Source of the DNA: a virus | Direction: 5' to 3' (one strand) | Virus record (IMG/VR): IMGVR_UViG_3300046323_000673 | Location: 1 to 64,000 of that record | Length of the DNA: 64,000 nucleotides | The notes under the pieces: model-generated | The model's input: only the letters and a program-made list of their open reading frames with translations | The model's database searches: none | What the model was told of the DNA's origin: nothing | Part shown: positions 1 through 9,950 of the stretch, one piece after another | Layout of the letters: each line of letters begins with the position of its first letter | Position numbering within the stretch: the stretch's first letter is position 1 | Made by a program: the position numbers and the translations under genes

Positions 1-9
1 CTTTCGGGC

Positions 10-519
10 ATGATGGTGAGCATGGGTGTTGTTCAATCGATCAAGCAGTGGTTCCGCAAAAGTGCCGACAAGGTAGCGCGTCGATTCTACGAGGGACCAA
101 ACCCGCCCCCTCGGTTGTTCGACGAAATTGAAGTCTTTGAGAAACTGCATCCGGATGCCACTGCGGATGAATGGCGCTCATTTGCGCTAGGAGCCGTTTC
201 AAACGCGTATCGGGATGGGTACGTGCGTGGGTTCGAGTATCGCGAAAGACTCCCGCAGGACGTCGATTACGAGCGGCAAAAGTGGATCGAGACGGAAGCG
301 CATCAACACGATTGGTCGGTGTGGCAAGGGGCGCCTACGAGTCACGAATTGCGCATGCAGTTCGAACAGCAGCGCAGTGATCCATTCGCGGGCATGAGTC
401 CTAAGGAACGAATGCAGGCGTTCGCGGCGATTGGACAACATACGGGCGGGTACAAGGTTGTTTGGCCGGGGGAAGATGATCCAACCCCGTGGGTGAAGGA
501 TCACGAAACCGACGCATGA
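10..519 (+). CDS. hypothetical phage protein (true start possibly 22)
   Basis: 169-aa ORF ending just before palindrome copy 1; CATGAT-N7-ATG at 9-24. Confidence 0.7.
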   Translation: MMVSMGVVQSIKQWFRKSADKVARRFYEGPNPPPRLFDEIEVFEKLHPDATADEWRSFALGAVSNAYRDGYVRGFEYRERLPQDVDYERQKWIETEAHQHDWSVWQGAPTSHELRMQFEQQRSDPFAGMSPKERMQAFAAIGQHTGGYKVVWPGEDDPTPWVKDHETDA

Positions 520-521
520 TC

Positions 522-551
522 AAATCCAATTGGATCGATCCAATTGGATTT
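522..551. repeat. 30-bp nested palindrome, copy 1
   Basis: AAATCCAATTGGATCGATCCAATTGGATTT exact; followed by TAACAT and AGGGAG before ATG 576. Confidence 0.97.
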
Positions 552-575
552 TGCCGTGTAACATAGGGAGTCGTC

Positions 576-1067
576 ATGTCGGAACAGGAAGCGGACAAGC
601 AGGCGAGTGATGCGATTGTGGCGGGCGTTGCGTTTTACGCAGCGGCACTTGCACGGGCGGATGTTGAACGTGCGAGGTTGAATAAGACGATTGCCGAGCG
701 TGACAAAACGATTATCGCAATGATCGACGAATCGAATTTCGATGCGAAGAAGACGAACGATATTCGTATTGATCATGAGAAGTATCAGCAGGAAGCCCAC
801 GACGCGAAATGCGAAGTGGGTACATTGAAGACCAAGCTCGAAAGCACCGAACAGGCATTGAAGACCGAACAGGCAAAATGTCGTCGCTTGGAATCAGACT
901 ATGAGGTGCAATCGCGTTGGTGTGATCAGTTGTGCGAGATGGCTCGTAAAACGGGGCGCCCTGCTCTTATGACGACGGAAGCGCTCAAAGTAGCGAAGGA
1001 CGCGATTGACGAATATATTGTCAATCATCCGCCCACGATTAACAAGCGAGCATCTTCCGAGTTCTAA
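576..1067 (+). CDS. hypothetical coiled-coil protein
   Basis: 163-aa ORF, SD AGGGAG, heptad-like K/E-rich middle. Confidence 0.75.
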   Translation: MSEQEADKQASDAIVAGVAFYAAALARADVERARLNKTIAERDKTIIAMIDESNFDAKKTNDIRIDHEKYQQEAHDAKCEVGTLKTKLESTEQALKTEQAKCRRLESDYEVQSRWCDQLCEMARKTGRPALMTTEALKVAKDAIDEYIVNHPPTINKRASSEF

Positions 1068-1294
1068 TGCCGTCCCCCCGCTGGATTGCATGGACCCCGT
1101 CTTCTTCCCGCCCGCACATTACCGCCCAATACACCGAACGCGTTTACGACTACGAGACACGCGCTTTCGAGCCGCAAACCGTGCATGCCCATTGCGGCAA
1201 GTGCAATGCCGTGTTGAAACACGAATGCGCATCGGGTAGGCCCCGCGAATGGATAGCCCGATTCGCGCTCGTTCATCGTCACGACGACGCATGA
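1067..1294 (+). CDS. small putative zinc-binding protein
   Basis: 75 aa, CGKC...C...HRH; start overlaps upstream stop (TAATG). Confidence 0.6.
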   Translation: MPSPRWIAWTPSSSRPHITAQYTERVYDYETRAFEPQTVHAHCGKCNAVLKHECASGRPREWIARFALVHRHDDA

Positions 1295-1301
1295 TTCCCC
1301 C

Positions 1302-3359
1302 GTGAAAGATTATATCTCCCAGCTATTCGATGCGAATGGGCGTCTTGCTACGAGGTTTGACGGGTACCAACCCCGGCCCGGACAGATCACCCTCGCTCGC
1401 AAGATCGATCAAGCGGTGCAAACCGGTGGGCGATTGTTGATTGAAGCTCCCACAGGGACAGGCAAGAGCTTTGGGTATCTTGTCCCGAGCGTGTATCACT
1501 TGACCGTGGGTTCCGACGCGCTGCTTGCGGCAAGGCAATCATCGGGCGCGGATGACGGGTTCGATGTTGAGGACGATGAGAACCCCGCCCCATACCCCCG
1601 CGCGGTGATTGCGACGGCAAACATTGCGTTGCAAGAGCAGCTTATGGGCAAGGATGTGCCGTTGATCCAAAACGTCGTGCCCGAATGGGAGTTCACCGCG
1701 GCGATTGCGAAGGGGCGGGCGAATTACCTGTGCCTGCATCGCTTCGACGAAACATGTTCGGACACGTTACTCGACCCGATTCGTGACCCCGAAGATCGCG
1801 AACGGTGGAACGTGCTTGCAAAGTGGCGAACGGAAACGACGACGGGGGATCTTTCCGAGCTGAGGTTTGAGCTATCAAGCACGTTAAAATCGAAAGCGGC
1901 AATCGCTGCGGACGATTGCATTGGAAAAGCATGCTCGCGTTCTGATGAATGTTTTTCGCAGAAGGCACGTGCCGCGGTACAGGAAGCTGATTTGGTGGTG
2001 ACGAATTACCACATGCTTTGCACGCACCTTTCAATGATGAATGAGTTTGGCCGGGGATTATTGCCCCGGTTCGATCTTCTGATACTTGATGAAGCGCATG
2101 CATTGCCCGATGTTGCGCGGGACTTTTTTGGGTTCAAGGTATCGAGCGGGGCGATTGCGTATGCGGTGCGGCTGATGGCGTCTTCGAAGTGGAAGGGGTC
2201 GTGCCCGTTTGCCCCAGGACTTCGCGACGACGTGATGCGCGCGGCTGAAGATTTTTTTCAAGAATTGGCGGCGTACAAATCGGGCCCGGTGTATTACGGG
2301 CGGCTAAAGGAACCAGATCCCGTCGATTCGTCGCGGCTTGTTTCATTGCTTGAACAAGCCCGTGATGCGCAAGTGGGCGTGTCGTCATCTGCGTGCGGGG
2401 TTGATATTGAACGTGCAGAGCAGCTCCGGCGCGCGGCGCGCAAATGCAGATTGCACGCGGAAAACATTCGCCGGGCAATGGAAAACAAGGATACGGGGCG
2501 CAAGGTAACCGAGGTGTTCTTCGTCGAGGAAAACGGGCGTTCGGTTGCGCTTTGCTGTAAACCCGTGAGTGTTGCGGGCATTCTGAAAAGTACGATATGG
2601 GAAGCGGTATCTATTCGCGCGGTGATTGCGACAAGTGCGACGCTTGCGGCTGATAACAGCCGTGACTCGATCGGGTACTTCTCGGATGAAGTGGGCGCTG
2701 ATGTCGCTGAACAATTGGTCGTGCCGAGTCCATTCGATTTCATGAAGCAGGCGTTGCTTGTGATTCCCGCGAACTTGCCGGACCCGAAGGACAAGCAGTT
2801 TGCCGAGCGCGTATCAGTCGTGATTGCCGATGCAGTCGAGCAAGCGGACGGGCGTTCATTGGTGCTTTGCACGAGCTACAAGACGCTTGCATGCGTGTAC
2901 GACGTGCTCGAAAGACGATTCGGTCATCGGTTCACGATCCTTCGTCAGGGGATGGCGCCGCGCATGCAATTGATTGAGCGATTCAAAAAGGACGTATCGA
3001 GTGTTTTGGTAGGAACGAAGTCGTTTTGGGAAGGCGTGGACGTGCCGGGTGAATCATTGTCGTGCACGATTATCGACAAGATCCCGTTCGATAGCCCGGA
3101 CGATCCGATCAACGACGCAATGAATGAGATCCTTGGACAGAAGGCGTTCAAGCAATACGCGATTCCCCGTGCGTCGATTGCGTTGCGGCAAGGGTTTGGG
3201 CGATTGATTCGCAGTTCGTTTGATCGGGGCGTGGTTGTGATATGCGACAAGCGGTTGGTTGATAAGCCTTTCGGGCGTACGATTGCGAATGCGTTGCCTA
3301 AGACGCGAGTGAGCCACAACATCGACGATATCAGGTCGTTTCTTGCGGGGCGGGCATGA
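1302..3359 (+). CDS. DinG/YoaA-family ATP-dependent DNA helicase with Fe-S cluster
   Basis: Q motif RPGQ, Walker A EAPTGTGKS, KGRANYLC plus further Cys, DEAH, TSATL, FWEGVD, QGFGRLIRS. Confidence 0.93.
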   Translation: MKDYISQLFDANGRLATRFDGYQPRPGQITLARKIDQAVQTGGRLLIEAPTGTGKSFGYLVPSVYHLTVGSDALLAARQSSGADDGFDVEDDENPAPYPRAVIATANIALQEQLMGKDVPLIQNVVPEWEFTAAIAKGRANYLCLHRFDETCSDTLLDPIRDPEDRERWNVLAKWRTETTTGDLSELRFELSSTLKSKAAIAADDCIGKACSRSDECFSQKARAAVQEADLVVTNYHMLCTHLSMMNEFGRGLLPRFDLLILDEAHALPDVARDFFGFKVSSGAIAYAVRLMASSKWKGSCPFAPGLRDDVMRAAEDFFQELAAYKSGPVYYGRLKEPDPVDSSRLVSLLEQARDAQVGVSSSACGVDIERAEQLRRAARKCRLHAENIRRAMENKDTGRKVTEVFFVEENGRSVALCCKPVSVAGILKSTIWEAVSIRAVIATSATLAADNSRDSIGYFSDEVGADVAEQLVVPSPFDFMKQALLVIPANLPDPKDKQFAERVSVVIADAVEQADGRSLVLCTSYKTLACVYDVLERRFGHRFTILRQGMAPRMQLIERFKKDVSSVLVGTKSFWEGVDVPGESLSCTIIDKIPFDSPDDPINDAMNEILGQKAFKQYAIPRASIALRQGFGRLIRSSFDRGVVVICDKRLVDKPFGRTIANALPKTRVSHNIDDIRSFLAGRA

Positions 3360-3865
3360 GCGCGAACGATAAAGCGTATTTGATGATCTGCGTAAATACG
3401 CAATCACTGCCCCTGCAAATCCCGTCATGGGCGATGCGTATGGTTGACGTGATGCAATCTGTCCGGATAGCGGTCATTGCACTTGAACAGGCAGCTTCGA
3501 CGATTACGAATTGTGACGATGACGAACGCAGCAAGGCCGAACGATGCGCACGCTTGTTCGCACAATTCGATATCGACCACGGTAATCGAATGAAGGAAGT
3601 CGCGACGCTCTTCACGGTGAAGCGTAACGAGGTGCCTTCCGAAATCGCGCAGTCGTTCGGCGCGGATATCACTGTGCTCGCATTGGCGTGCAGCAACATC
3701 AAGTTTCGAGGCGCGGTGTTTGCACGCATGCTTGAATCTCAAGAGTGGAATGCACCCGCAAGCATTGCGCTTTTCGCGTTGTCCGAGTCAAGCAAGGGGC
3801 AAACACACTTGCTTGATTGGGGTGCGCAATTCATCCTTGCGCCTGATACGAATTGCACGGCGTGA
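3356..3865 (+). CDS. hypothetical protein
   Basis: 169 aa, ATGA overlap with helicase stop. Confidence 0.7.
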   Translation: MSANDKAYLMICVNTQSLPLQIPSWAMRMVDVMQSVRIAVIALEQAASTITNCDDDERSKAERCARLFAQFDIDHGNRMKEVATLFTVKRNEVPSEIAQSFGADITVLALACSNIKFRGAVFARMLESQEWNAPASIALFALSESSKGQTHLLDWGAQFILAPDTNCTA

Positions 3866-3888
3866 TGAAATGGGGCATGTTCGCCCCC

Positions 3889-4404
3889 ATGAAGAATCAC
3901 CCCGGAATGAAGATCAAAACGTTTCAACGTCGTGACGATGTCGAACGGCTCATGCTCGCCGGGTTGCCGATTGAACAGATCGTCCGTTATGGCAAAGACA
4001 AGGGGTGGGACAATCACGCAGTTCGTCGTGATTTTAATGCAATCACCGATGAATGGTCGAAGCAGAGCGAGGAAGCTTTGCAGCACGCGCGGGGGCAAGC
4101 AGTGCAACGGATACGCGGCGACCTTGCCCGGATGCGTTTGGAGGCTGAGAAGAAGCCCAAGGGACGCAAGGGCCCCCAATGGGCGGAACTCCAGGCGGCG
4201 ACGTTCAAGGATATCGCGGCGCACGAACGACTACTTGCGCAAATCGAAGGAACACTCCGACCCGTGGAGGTGAAGATCACGATCAACGATTCATCCCGAC
4301 GTGCACTCATCGACGTGATCAACACGATGACCCCAACCGAGATGGATCAACTGATTCGTGAGCAAAAGGAACTCGAGCTACGAGCATCTGCAAAACGAAA
4401 CTAG
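3889..4404 (+). CDS. HTH-containing helical protein, possible terminase small subunit
   Basis: N-terminal HTH-like segment (LMLAGLPIEQIV...AVRRD), helical middle, ERLLAQIEG..PVEVKI; function is a weak resemblance only. Confidence 0.4.
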   Translation: MKNHPGMKIKTFQRRDDVERLMLAGLPIEQIVRYGKDKGWDNHAVRRDFNAITDEWSKQSEEALQHARGQAVQRIRGDLARMRLEAEKKPKGRKGPQWAELQAATFKDIAAHERLLAQIEGTLRPVEVKITINDSSRRALIDVINTMTPTEMDQLIREQKELELRASAKRN

Positions 4405-4459
4405 CGACATGATGACCCGTACAGGCAACACGCCTGCACAACCTACGAGGGTCGAAGTC

Positions 4460-4717
4460 ATGGCTAAAGACGGAATCAAGTTCAAGAAACTCAGTGATGC
4501 ACTTGCCGCGTTTGATCGGGGCGAGTTACCCAAGGGCACGAAGCTGTTTGTCGGTGCGACGACGACGATTCTTGCGCGTCGAATGAAGAACACGCAGGAC
4601 ATCTTCTATAAGTTTGAGGGTACGCCTTCCGAGTTCGTCCGTTTGGTACTCGGCAAGTTGACCACAACAAAGATCAAGGTCGAGGTCGAAGAACTTCCAT
4701 CAACGATCACACCTTAG
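4460..4717 (+). CDS. hypothetical protein
   Basis: Basic small ORF, GAGGG upstream of ATG 4460. Confidence 0.6.
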   Translation: MAKDGIKFKKLSDALAAFDRGELPKGTKLFVGATTTILARRMKNTQDIFYKFEGTPSEFVRLVLGKLTTTKIKVEVEELPSTITP

Positions 4718-4818
4718 TGATCCAGAGTCGCGGGACAAACGTCGTTCCGCGTGCGTAATCCCTTCCGACGAACTGCACGTGTGCGGCATGATGCCCCCTG
4801 CTAGGAGGGTCGTTTTTC

Positions 4819-6846
4819 ATGCCGCCGGTACAGTCACAAATCATCAAAGTCAAAGTTTCGCAGTTGGTCGAGTTTCGATCACGTCAGGTCTGCAAGAGCC
4901 TGGACGAACTTGCGAACAGCCTCAAGACACATGGGCAAATCGAGCCGCTCATTGTGCGCAAGGGTTCCAAGAAAAACACATACGAGATCGCCGCGGGTAC
5001 ACGTCGCAAGCGTGCAGCACTCATCGCAGAGATCGACACGCTAGACTGCGTTGTTCGCGACTTGACCGATCAACAGATGGTCGAAGTCTGCATCGCAGAG
5101 AACCGCGATCGCGACGATATTCACCCGCTTGAAGAAGCGGATGCGCTCTCCGAACTGCATGGACAGTTTGGACAAACGATCGAAGAGATGGCGGCCCGGT
5201 TTGGCCGGTCGAAGGAATACATCTGGGGGCGTTTGAAGATCGCGAAGATGCATGGCGATCTTCGTGCGTCGTTTCTTGCGAATCGGTTCGGCGTGAAGGG
5301 TGCGCTCGTGCTCGCGGGTGTTGCCGAAACGATGCAAGCGAAGGTGTGGGTTGAGCTTTCCAAACTCCCCGACACGATGCTTTCCGCGACCAAGATCAGC
5401 GGGTTTATACGGGACAAGTATTTACTTCGACTCGCATCCGCACCGTTCCCGATCGACAACAAAGATCTCGTTTCCGAAGCAGGCGAGTGTGGGCGTTGTC
5501 CGAAGCGAACCGGTGCGCAAGCAAGTCTCTTCCCTGACGACATCACAAGCGAGGATCGCTGCACGGACCTTGATTGTTTTACCGAGAAGAAGCAGGCGTT
5601 TGCCGACGTGCTCATTGAACGAGCGACAGCGAACGAGCTACGCGTTCTCGACAAGACGGAAGCAAGGGAGGTGTTCAAGTACGGCGAGACGATCGAGATC
5701 TTGAACCCCGAGTGTGCGTTCGTCGCGGTCGAGGGTAAGGTGCGGTTGGGCGAATCGAACTCGACATATCGCGAGCTGCTTTCATCGAATCCGCCCCCCG
5801 TCGTGATCGCGATTAACCCCGGCGGTGCGGGGCTCGAACTGTACGAAAAGGCAGCCGTCGCGAAGAGCATGCGTGCGTGCAAGGTGCCGTTCGTGAAGGA
5901 GTGGGAAAGCGTGTGCCTTCCCAAGGGCAAACCCACGCAATCGGGCGGTGATAAGCCCGATCGAAGTGTGACGAAGCAGGAACGTCAAGCGGCCGAACTT
6001 GCGATCACTGCGCTCCGGGAAGAAGCCGAATCGTTTGGTGAGATGAGCGCCGTGCAACGCAAGCGAACGTTCCAACTCATCGCGTTTGGAGCTGCGCGCA
6101 ACACGTGGTCGCAAGTGCAGAAAGCCTACATAAAGCGGCACAAGATCGACGACGGCAAGACGGGCGGCGATGCAAACGCACGCATGATCGCGATGCTTGA
6201 AGATCACATCAGCAAGCTAAGCTTTGAGCAATGCGTCGGGTTCATCTTCGAGATCGCGCTGCTGCGTGAAGTGCTTGGTGGCTCGGGTGAACCGAACTTT
6301 GAAAGCGAGATCTTCAAGCGAGGTTTGGCCGTATCGGGTCGCAAGTTGAGCGAGTTTCAGAAGCAGGTCACGAAGGCATCTAGCAAGGGTAAGGATGCAT
6401 CGGATGAAGAGCATGGGCCGACGACGAAGCGTTCAAGCCCTAAGCCCAGCAAGGCACCAAATCAGGGCAAAGCGAAGGCGAAGAAAGACAAGGATGATGA
6501 CGACGACGAACCACCCGTGAGCATGGGCGGTTGTTGCGCGATTTGTTCGTGTACGCGAGTCGAGCCGTGCGAGCGGATGATCGACGACAAGAAAACTGCG
6601 TGCGTGCGTGGGCAGGGTGAAGAGCTTTGCAGCTTGTGCGAAACGATCTTCGATACGGTGACTTCGATCGTCGAGGACAAGACAAACGTGTTCAGGTTTG
6701 AGGACGTGTTCGCGGGTGTGCGGATGCAGGATCAAGTGGAGGACACGGAAGGCGATCGTGATCTCGTTCGCGGGTGCCTTGATCGCATGGTCGAAGAAGA
6801 GATGATCGAACAGCAGGAAGACGACCGTTACCGCCGGGTCGAGTAG
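4819..6846 (+). CDS. ParB/RepB/Spo0J-family protein with long C-terminal extension
   Basis: LANSLKTHGQIEPLIVR, GTRRKRAA (GxxRxxA CTP-binding motif), ENRDRDDIHPLEEA, HTH, Cys clusters, C-terminal winged-helix-like end; SD AGGAGG. Confidence 0.9.
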   Translation: MPPVQSQIIKVKVSQLVEFRSRQVCKSLDELANSLKTHGQIEPLIVRKGSKKNTYEIAAGTRRKRAALIAEIDTLDCVVRDLTDQQMVEVCIAENRDRDDIHPLEEADALSELHGQFGQTIEEMAARFGRSKEYIWGRLKIAKMHGDLRASFLANRFGVKGALVLAGVAETMQAKVWVELSKLPDTMLSATKISGFIRDKYLLRLASAPFPIDNKDLVSEAGECGRCPKRTGAQASLFPDDITSEDRCTDLDCFTEKKQAFADVLIERATANELRVLDKTEAREVFKYGETIEILNPECAFVAVEGKVRLGESNSTYRELLSSNPPPVVIAINPGGAGLELYEKAAVAKSMRACKVPFVKEWESVCLPKGKPTQSGGDKPDRSVTKQERQAAELAITALREEAESFGEMSAVQRKRTFQLIAFGAARNTWSQVQKAYIKRHKIDDGKTGGDANARMIAMLEDHISKLSFEQCVGFIFEIALLREVLGGSGEPNFESEIFKRGLAVSGRKLSEFQKQVTKASSKGKDASDEEHGPTTKRSSPKPSKAPNQGKAKAKKDKDDDDDEPPVSMGGCCAICSCTRVEPCERMIDDKKTACVRGQGEELCSLCETIFDTVTSIVEDKTNVFRFEDVFAGVRMQDQVEDTEGDRDLVRGCLDRMVEEEMIEQQEDDRYRRVE

Positions 6847-6869
6847 CGCTTCCCTTATGTTTCCCGACG

Positions 6870-6899
6870 AAATCCAATTGGATCGATCCAATTGGATTT
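6870..6899. repeat. 30-bp nested palindrome, copy 2 (extends to 38 bp, 6866-6903)
   Basis: Exact copy 23 bp after the ParB-family stop. Confidence 0.97.
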
Positions 6900-6939
6900 C
6901 GTCTTTGAACGTACGGAAAATAAAAAGATCACGAACGTC

Positions 6940-6968
6940 TTGACTAGCGGGGCATCATGCCCCATATT
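6940..6968 (+). promoter_or_regulatory. sigma70-type promoter with A-rich UP-like tract
   Basis: TTGACT-17-CATATT preceded by GAAAATAAAAAG; homologous to promoters at 58415 and 59451. Confidence 0.7.
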
Positions 6969-7075
6969 GTCCAAGTTGACGGCGCGATGGGCGGCGAAGA
7001 CGGAAGGTGGATTTTACGTCAAGGCGCATGTTTACGCTTGATACGGTTTGGCGCACCTAGCGCTGGGAGGATGAT

Positions 7076-7381
7076 ATGTGTATTTCATGCAATAACGAGT
7101 CGCCATCGTGGTGCTGTTGGTGTGATTCGCGCTTCCATTGTGAAGCGCACTGCCCCACGTTTTTCGCGCCGTTTGCCGGGTACCATCCGTGTCACGGCGA
7201 ATGGAAGCCCACGGAGGGCGAGGCATTGGCGCTTGTTGGCGCGAAAGTATTTGATACGCGCGGCGATTCCCGCCTGATTGGCGGTATTGTCGAGGCCACC
7301 CACAATGAGGCGCGTGTCCGCGTCGCATGGCCTACGCATACTGATATAGCGCGCGTGCGTTATCTCGCGCGCCTTTCTTGA
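7076..7381 (+). CDS. hypothetical protein, Cys-rich N-terminus
   Basis: 101 aa, SD GGGAGG, CISC...CCWC...HC..HC. Confidence 0.6.
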   Translation: MCISCNNESPSWCCWCDSRFHCEAHCPTFFAPFAGYHPCHGEWKPTEGEALALVGAKVFDTRGDSRLIGGIVEATHNEARVRVAWPTHTDIARVRYLARLS

Positions 7382-7459
7382 GTTGAAATAACGAGCGCGG
7401 CGTAAACCGCGCAGGTTGTAAGCTCTGCGGTTGGAGGATGACTCGGGTGTGTGGGGTAT

Positions 7460-7639
7460 TCAATCACCGCCCGCATCACCACACACATACGCGGGATTCT
7501 GCGATGACAAATCAGCAGGTCCCGCGTCTTCGCATGCGGGTTCGTCCGTTGTTTCGACGGGTGTGTATACCCCGTCATCCGAGCATCCGATTGCGATGCA
7601 GCCCAACCCCAAGAGCAGCCCAACGATTACGATTCGCAT
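7460..7639 (-). CDS. small putative lipoprotein (59 aa, not in ORF track)
   Basis: Translated by hand: MRIVIVGLLLGLGCIAIGC-SDDGVYTPVETTDEPACEDAG...; hydrophobic signal peptide plus lipobox-like Cys. Confidence 0.6.
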   Translation of the reverse strand: MRIVIVGLLLGLGCIAIGCSDDGVYTPVETTDEPACEDAGPADLSSQNPAYVCGDAGGD

Positions 7640-7648
7640 TCCCGATGC

Positions 7649-8491
7649 TTATCGGTGTTTGCCGCGGATGACAAGCTCGTCAACCGAACCCCGCGATGCA
7701 CCCCGTGATCCCACGCTACGACCCGCCTGCACAACCGTGCAATCACACCCCTCGTAAAGCATACGCATCACCGAATCATCGTTCGTCGAAAGCACGACAA
7801 TGCATCCTCGTTCGTCGAGGGTGCGGAACACGTCACGAAGTCGGCGATGCTCATCAATGCCGAACGTGCCTGAGTAGCCCGTAAACGTTCCCAGGTAGGG
7901 CGGGTCGAAGTAAACCACGTCCCTGGCTTGTGCACGCGCTAGGACCCCCTCAAACACCTCGCAATGCAGTTCGGCGGAACGCAGTGCAGTTGAGCAAGCA
8001 CGCATATTGTCGAGGTCGAACGTGATGGGTTTGCCGTCCCCAAACGGCGCATTGAATTCCACTTTCGAGTTGACCCGATGTAGCCCATTGAAACATGCGC
8101 GGTTCAGATAGAGAAACCAAGCCGCTCGTTCGATGTTGTTTTGCTGTTTCTGTGCATTGAACATACGTCGAACATTCTCGAATTCAGCGCGTGTATTCAT
8201 TGCCGGGTATGAAAGATGCACACATTTCAATCGGAATTCTTCGGACAATCCCATCTGCAAAACCTCGTACAGCCCAATCAAATCGGCGCATGTATCCGAT
8301 AGAACGGCGCGCGTAGGCAATAGGCGAAAGAAGAGCGCAGCACCCCCCGCGAACGGCTCGAACCATCGTCGCGATCGTACATCCGTGGGCAAGAGCGGAA
8401 CGAGCTGGTCGATCAAATTGGATTTGCCCCCGAGCCATTTCACGGCGGGCGTGGGATACGTTTCGGGAAGTGCGAGTGACAAGGTGCGCAT
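7649..8491 (-). CDS. dam: Dam-family (D12 class) DNA adenine methyltransferase
   Basis: KWLGGKS, EPFAGGAALFF, FLYLNRACFNGLHRVNSK.EFNAPFG, YFDPPY; start placed at ATG 8491 because the longer ORF runs through a palindrome. Confidence 0.92.
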   Translation of the reverse strand: MRTLSLALPETYPTPAVKWLGGKSNLIDQLVPLLPTDVRSRRWFEPFAGGAALFFRLLPTRAVLSDTCADLIGLYEVLQMGLSEEFRLKCVHLSYPAMNTRAEFENVRRMFNAQKQQNNIERAAWFLYLNRACFNGLHRVNSKVEFNAPFGDGKPITFDLDNMRACSTALRSAELHCEVFEGVLARAQARDVVYFDPPYLGTFTGYSGTFGIDEHRRLRDVFRTLDERGCIVVLSTNDDSVMRMLYEGCDCTVVQAGRSVGSRGASRGSVDELVIRGKHR

Positions 8492-8521
8492 GGTGGGAGC
8501 ATGCCACAACACACGATCGTC

Positions 8522-8551
8522 AAATCCAATTGGATCGATCCAATTGGATTT
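8522..8551. repeat. 30-bp nested palindrome, copy 3
   Basis: Exact; between divergent dam and 8608 ORF. Confidence 0.97.
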
Positions 8552-8607
8552 CATCGAGTAACGTAGGTATTTGTTCTTCTGTGCACACCGTTTGGCGCGT
8601 TGGGTGC

Positions 8608-9336
8608 ATGATGTTTCGCGAGGTGCTTCACATGGTTCAAGGTCAATGGGCGGTCGCGGTTCGGGTTGTATCGACGGGCAAGGGTATGTTCGTCGATGGG
8701 GCGGATGAGGTGCGGGAAGAGGTTGCACGCAAAGCATTCGGCCGGGCGATTCGTGCGGGTGAATTGGGTTTGCCCGTCGATGGCGAGATGATTAGCGCCG
8801 TTCGATTGTTGAAGAAAGATCACGAAATTGTACTTCTCGATAAGGGCGATGCGATTGTCGATGCCGAGGGTTCGTGGCGAATCGCGCAGCAACACGAGGT
8901 CGGTGCGATTGAACGGTGGAAGTCTCGCGCCACGAGTATTATGGGTGAACCTACGAAAACAGCGCCCTACCATGATGAAACGATCGCGTTGGGTGTGCCT
9001 TGCATTCCTGGTGCATGGGGCGGCGATGGGTGTGCCATGCATTCGGGATTCCCTCGTGATGCGAATGGGTTGTGCGTCGAAGGTCATCGTATGGTGAAAC
9101 GGCTCGACTTGGTTATCGTGCCCAAATCAATGCAGGATCGTTCGGGATTCCCGTCGACACTGACACGGGAAGAGATCGACCTCGTTAGGGCCGAAACCGT
9201 GCAAGAGAGTGTTCACTGCGAGAAATACGACAAACTCACCGACGAACAATTGAACGAGGCGCTTGCGATTCTTGAGGCAAGGAAAGCGCAACACGAGCGC
9301 AAGGTGTTCGTCGAGTTTCCCGACGCGCCTAAGTGA
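8608..9336 (+). CDS. hypothetical protein
   Basis: Long ORF; start uncertain. Confidence 0.65.
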   Translation: MMFREVLHMVQGQWAVAVRVVSTGKGMFVDGADEVREEVARKAFGRAIRAGELGLPVDGEMISAVRLLKKDHEIVLLDKGDAIVDAEGSWRIAQQHEVGAIERWKSRATSIMGEPTKTAPYHDETIALGVPCIPGAWGGDGCAMHSGFPRDANGLCVEGHRMVKRLDLVIVPKSMQDRSGFPSTLTREEIDLVRAETVQESVHCEKYDKLTDEQLNEALAILEARKAQHERKVFVEFPDAPK

Positions 9337-9355
9337 TTGCGCGCATGATGTCGGC

Positions 9356-9745
9356 ATGAGCAAGCGCAAGTCATTGCCGATCAAATCCCCCACGCCCAAA
9401 CCCCCCTACATGTATCCGCACAGGAATCTCGCAATTGAAGCGATGATTGCCGCGGTGATTATGAACGATCAAACGCACACGTCGCCGGTAATTGAAAGGC
9501 TGAATGGTAGTGATTGGATCGATCCTTATTTGGCGTCGTTGTTGGAAGCAAATATCGTCGTGATTTGTCACGAGGTTGAACACGCCTTGCAATGGGCGCC
9601 GCGAACCGAGATTCACCGCGCGGTGCAAAGGATGGTTCGGCAAGGGCGAATCATTCCCAAGCAGCACCCAACGCGAGCGATCCCTCTTTACGCACTGGCA
9701 GGGTGTGACGATGCCACGCACGATGCTTCCCCTTCCCCCGCTTGA
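9356..9745 (+). CDS. hypothetical protein, possible winged helix
   Basis: EVEHALQWAPRTEIHRAVQRMVRQGRII; CATGAT-N6-ATG upstream. Confidence 0.55.
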   Translation: MSKRKSLPIKSPTPKPPYMYPHRNLAIEAMIAAVIMNDQTHTSPVIERLNGSDWIDPYLASLLEANIVVICHEVEHALQWAPRTEIHRAVQRMVRQGRIIPKQHPTRAIPLYALAGCDDATHDASPSPA

Positions 9746-9917
9746 ACCCCCTTCCAATCAAACGCAACCAGCCCGTCACGAGGTTTGGTTGCCCTGTTCT
9801 GCTCTTGGGTGCATCCACCTCGCGAGCACGATTCTAGGCACAGATACGGCCGAACAAGCAGCAACGGGGATTATGTGCATCGAGTGCACTCTCGCGTTGC
9901 TGTTCAAGCGGGCGTGA
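9711..9917 (+). CDS. small putative zinc-finger protein
   Basis: CSALGC...MCIEC; N-terminus MPRTMLPLPPL. Confidence 0.5.
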   Translation: MPRTMLPLPPLEPPSNQTQPARHEVWLPCSALGCIHLASTILGTDTAEQAATGIMCIECTLALLFKRA

Positions 9918-9950
9918 AGTGTTGCATGAAGTGGGCAAGGAGATCCCACC

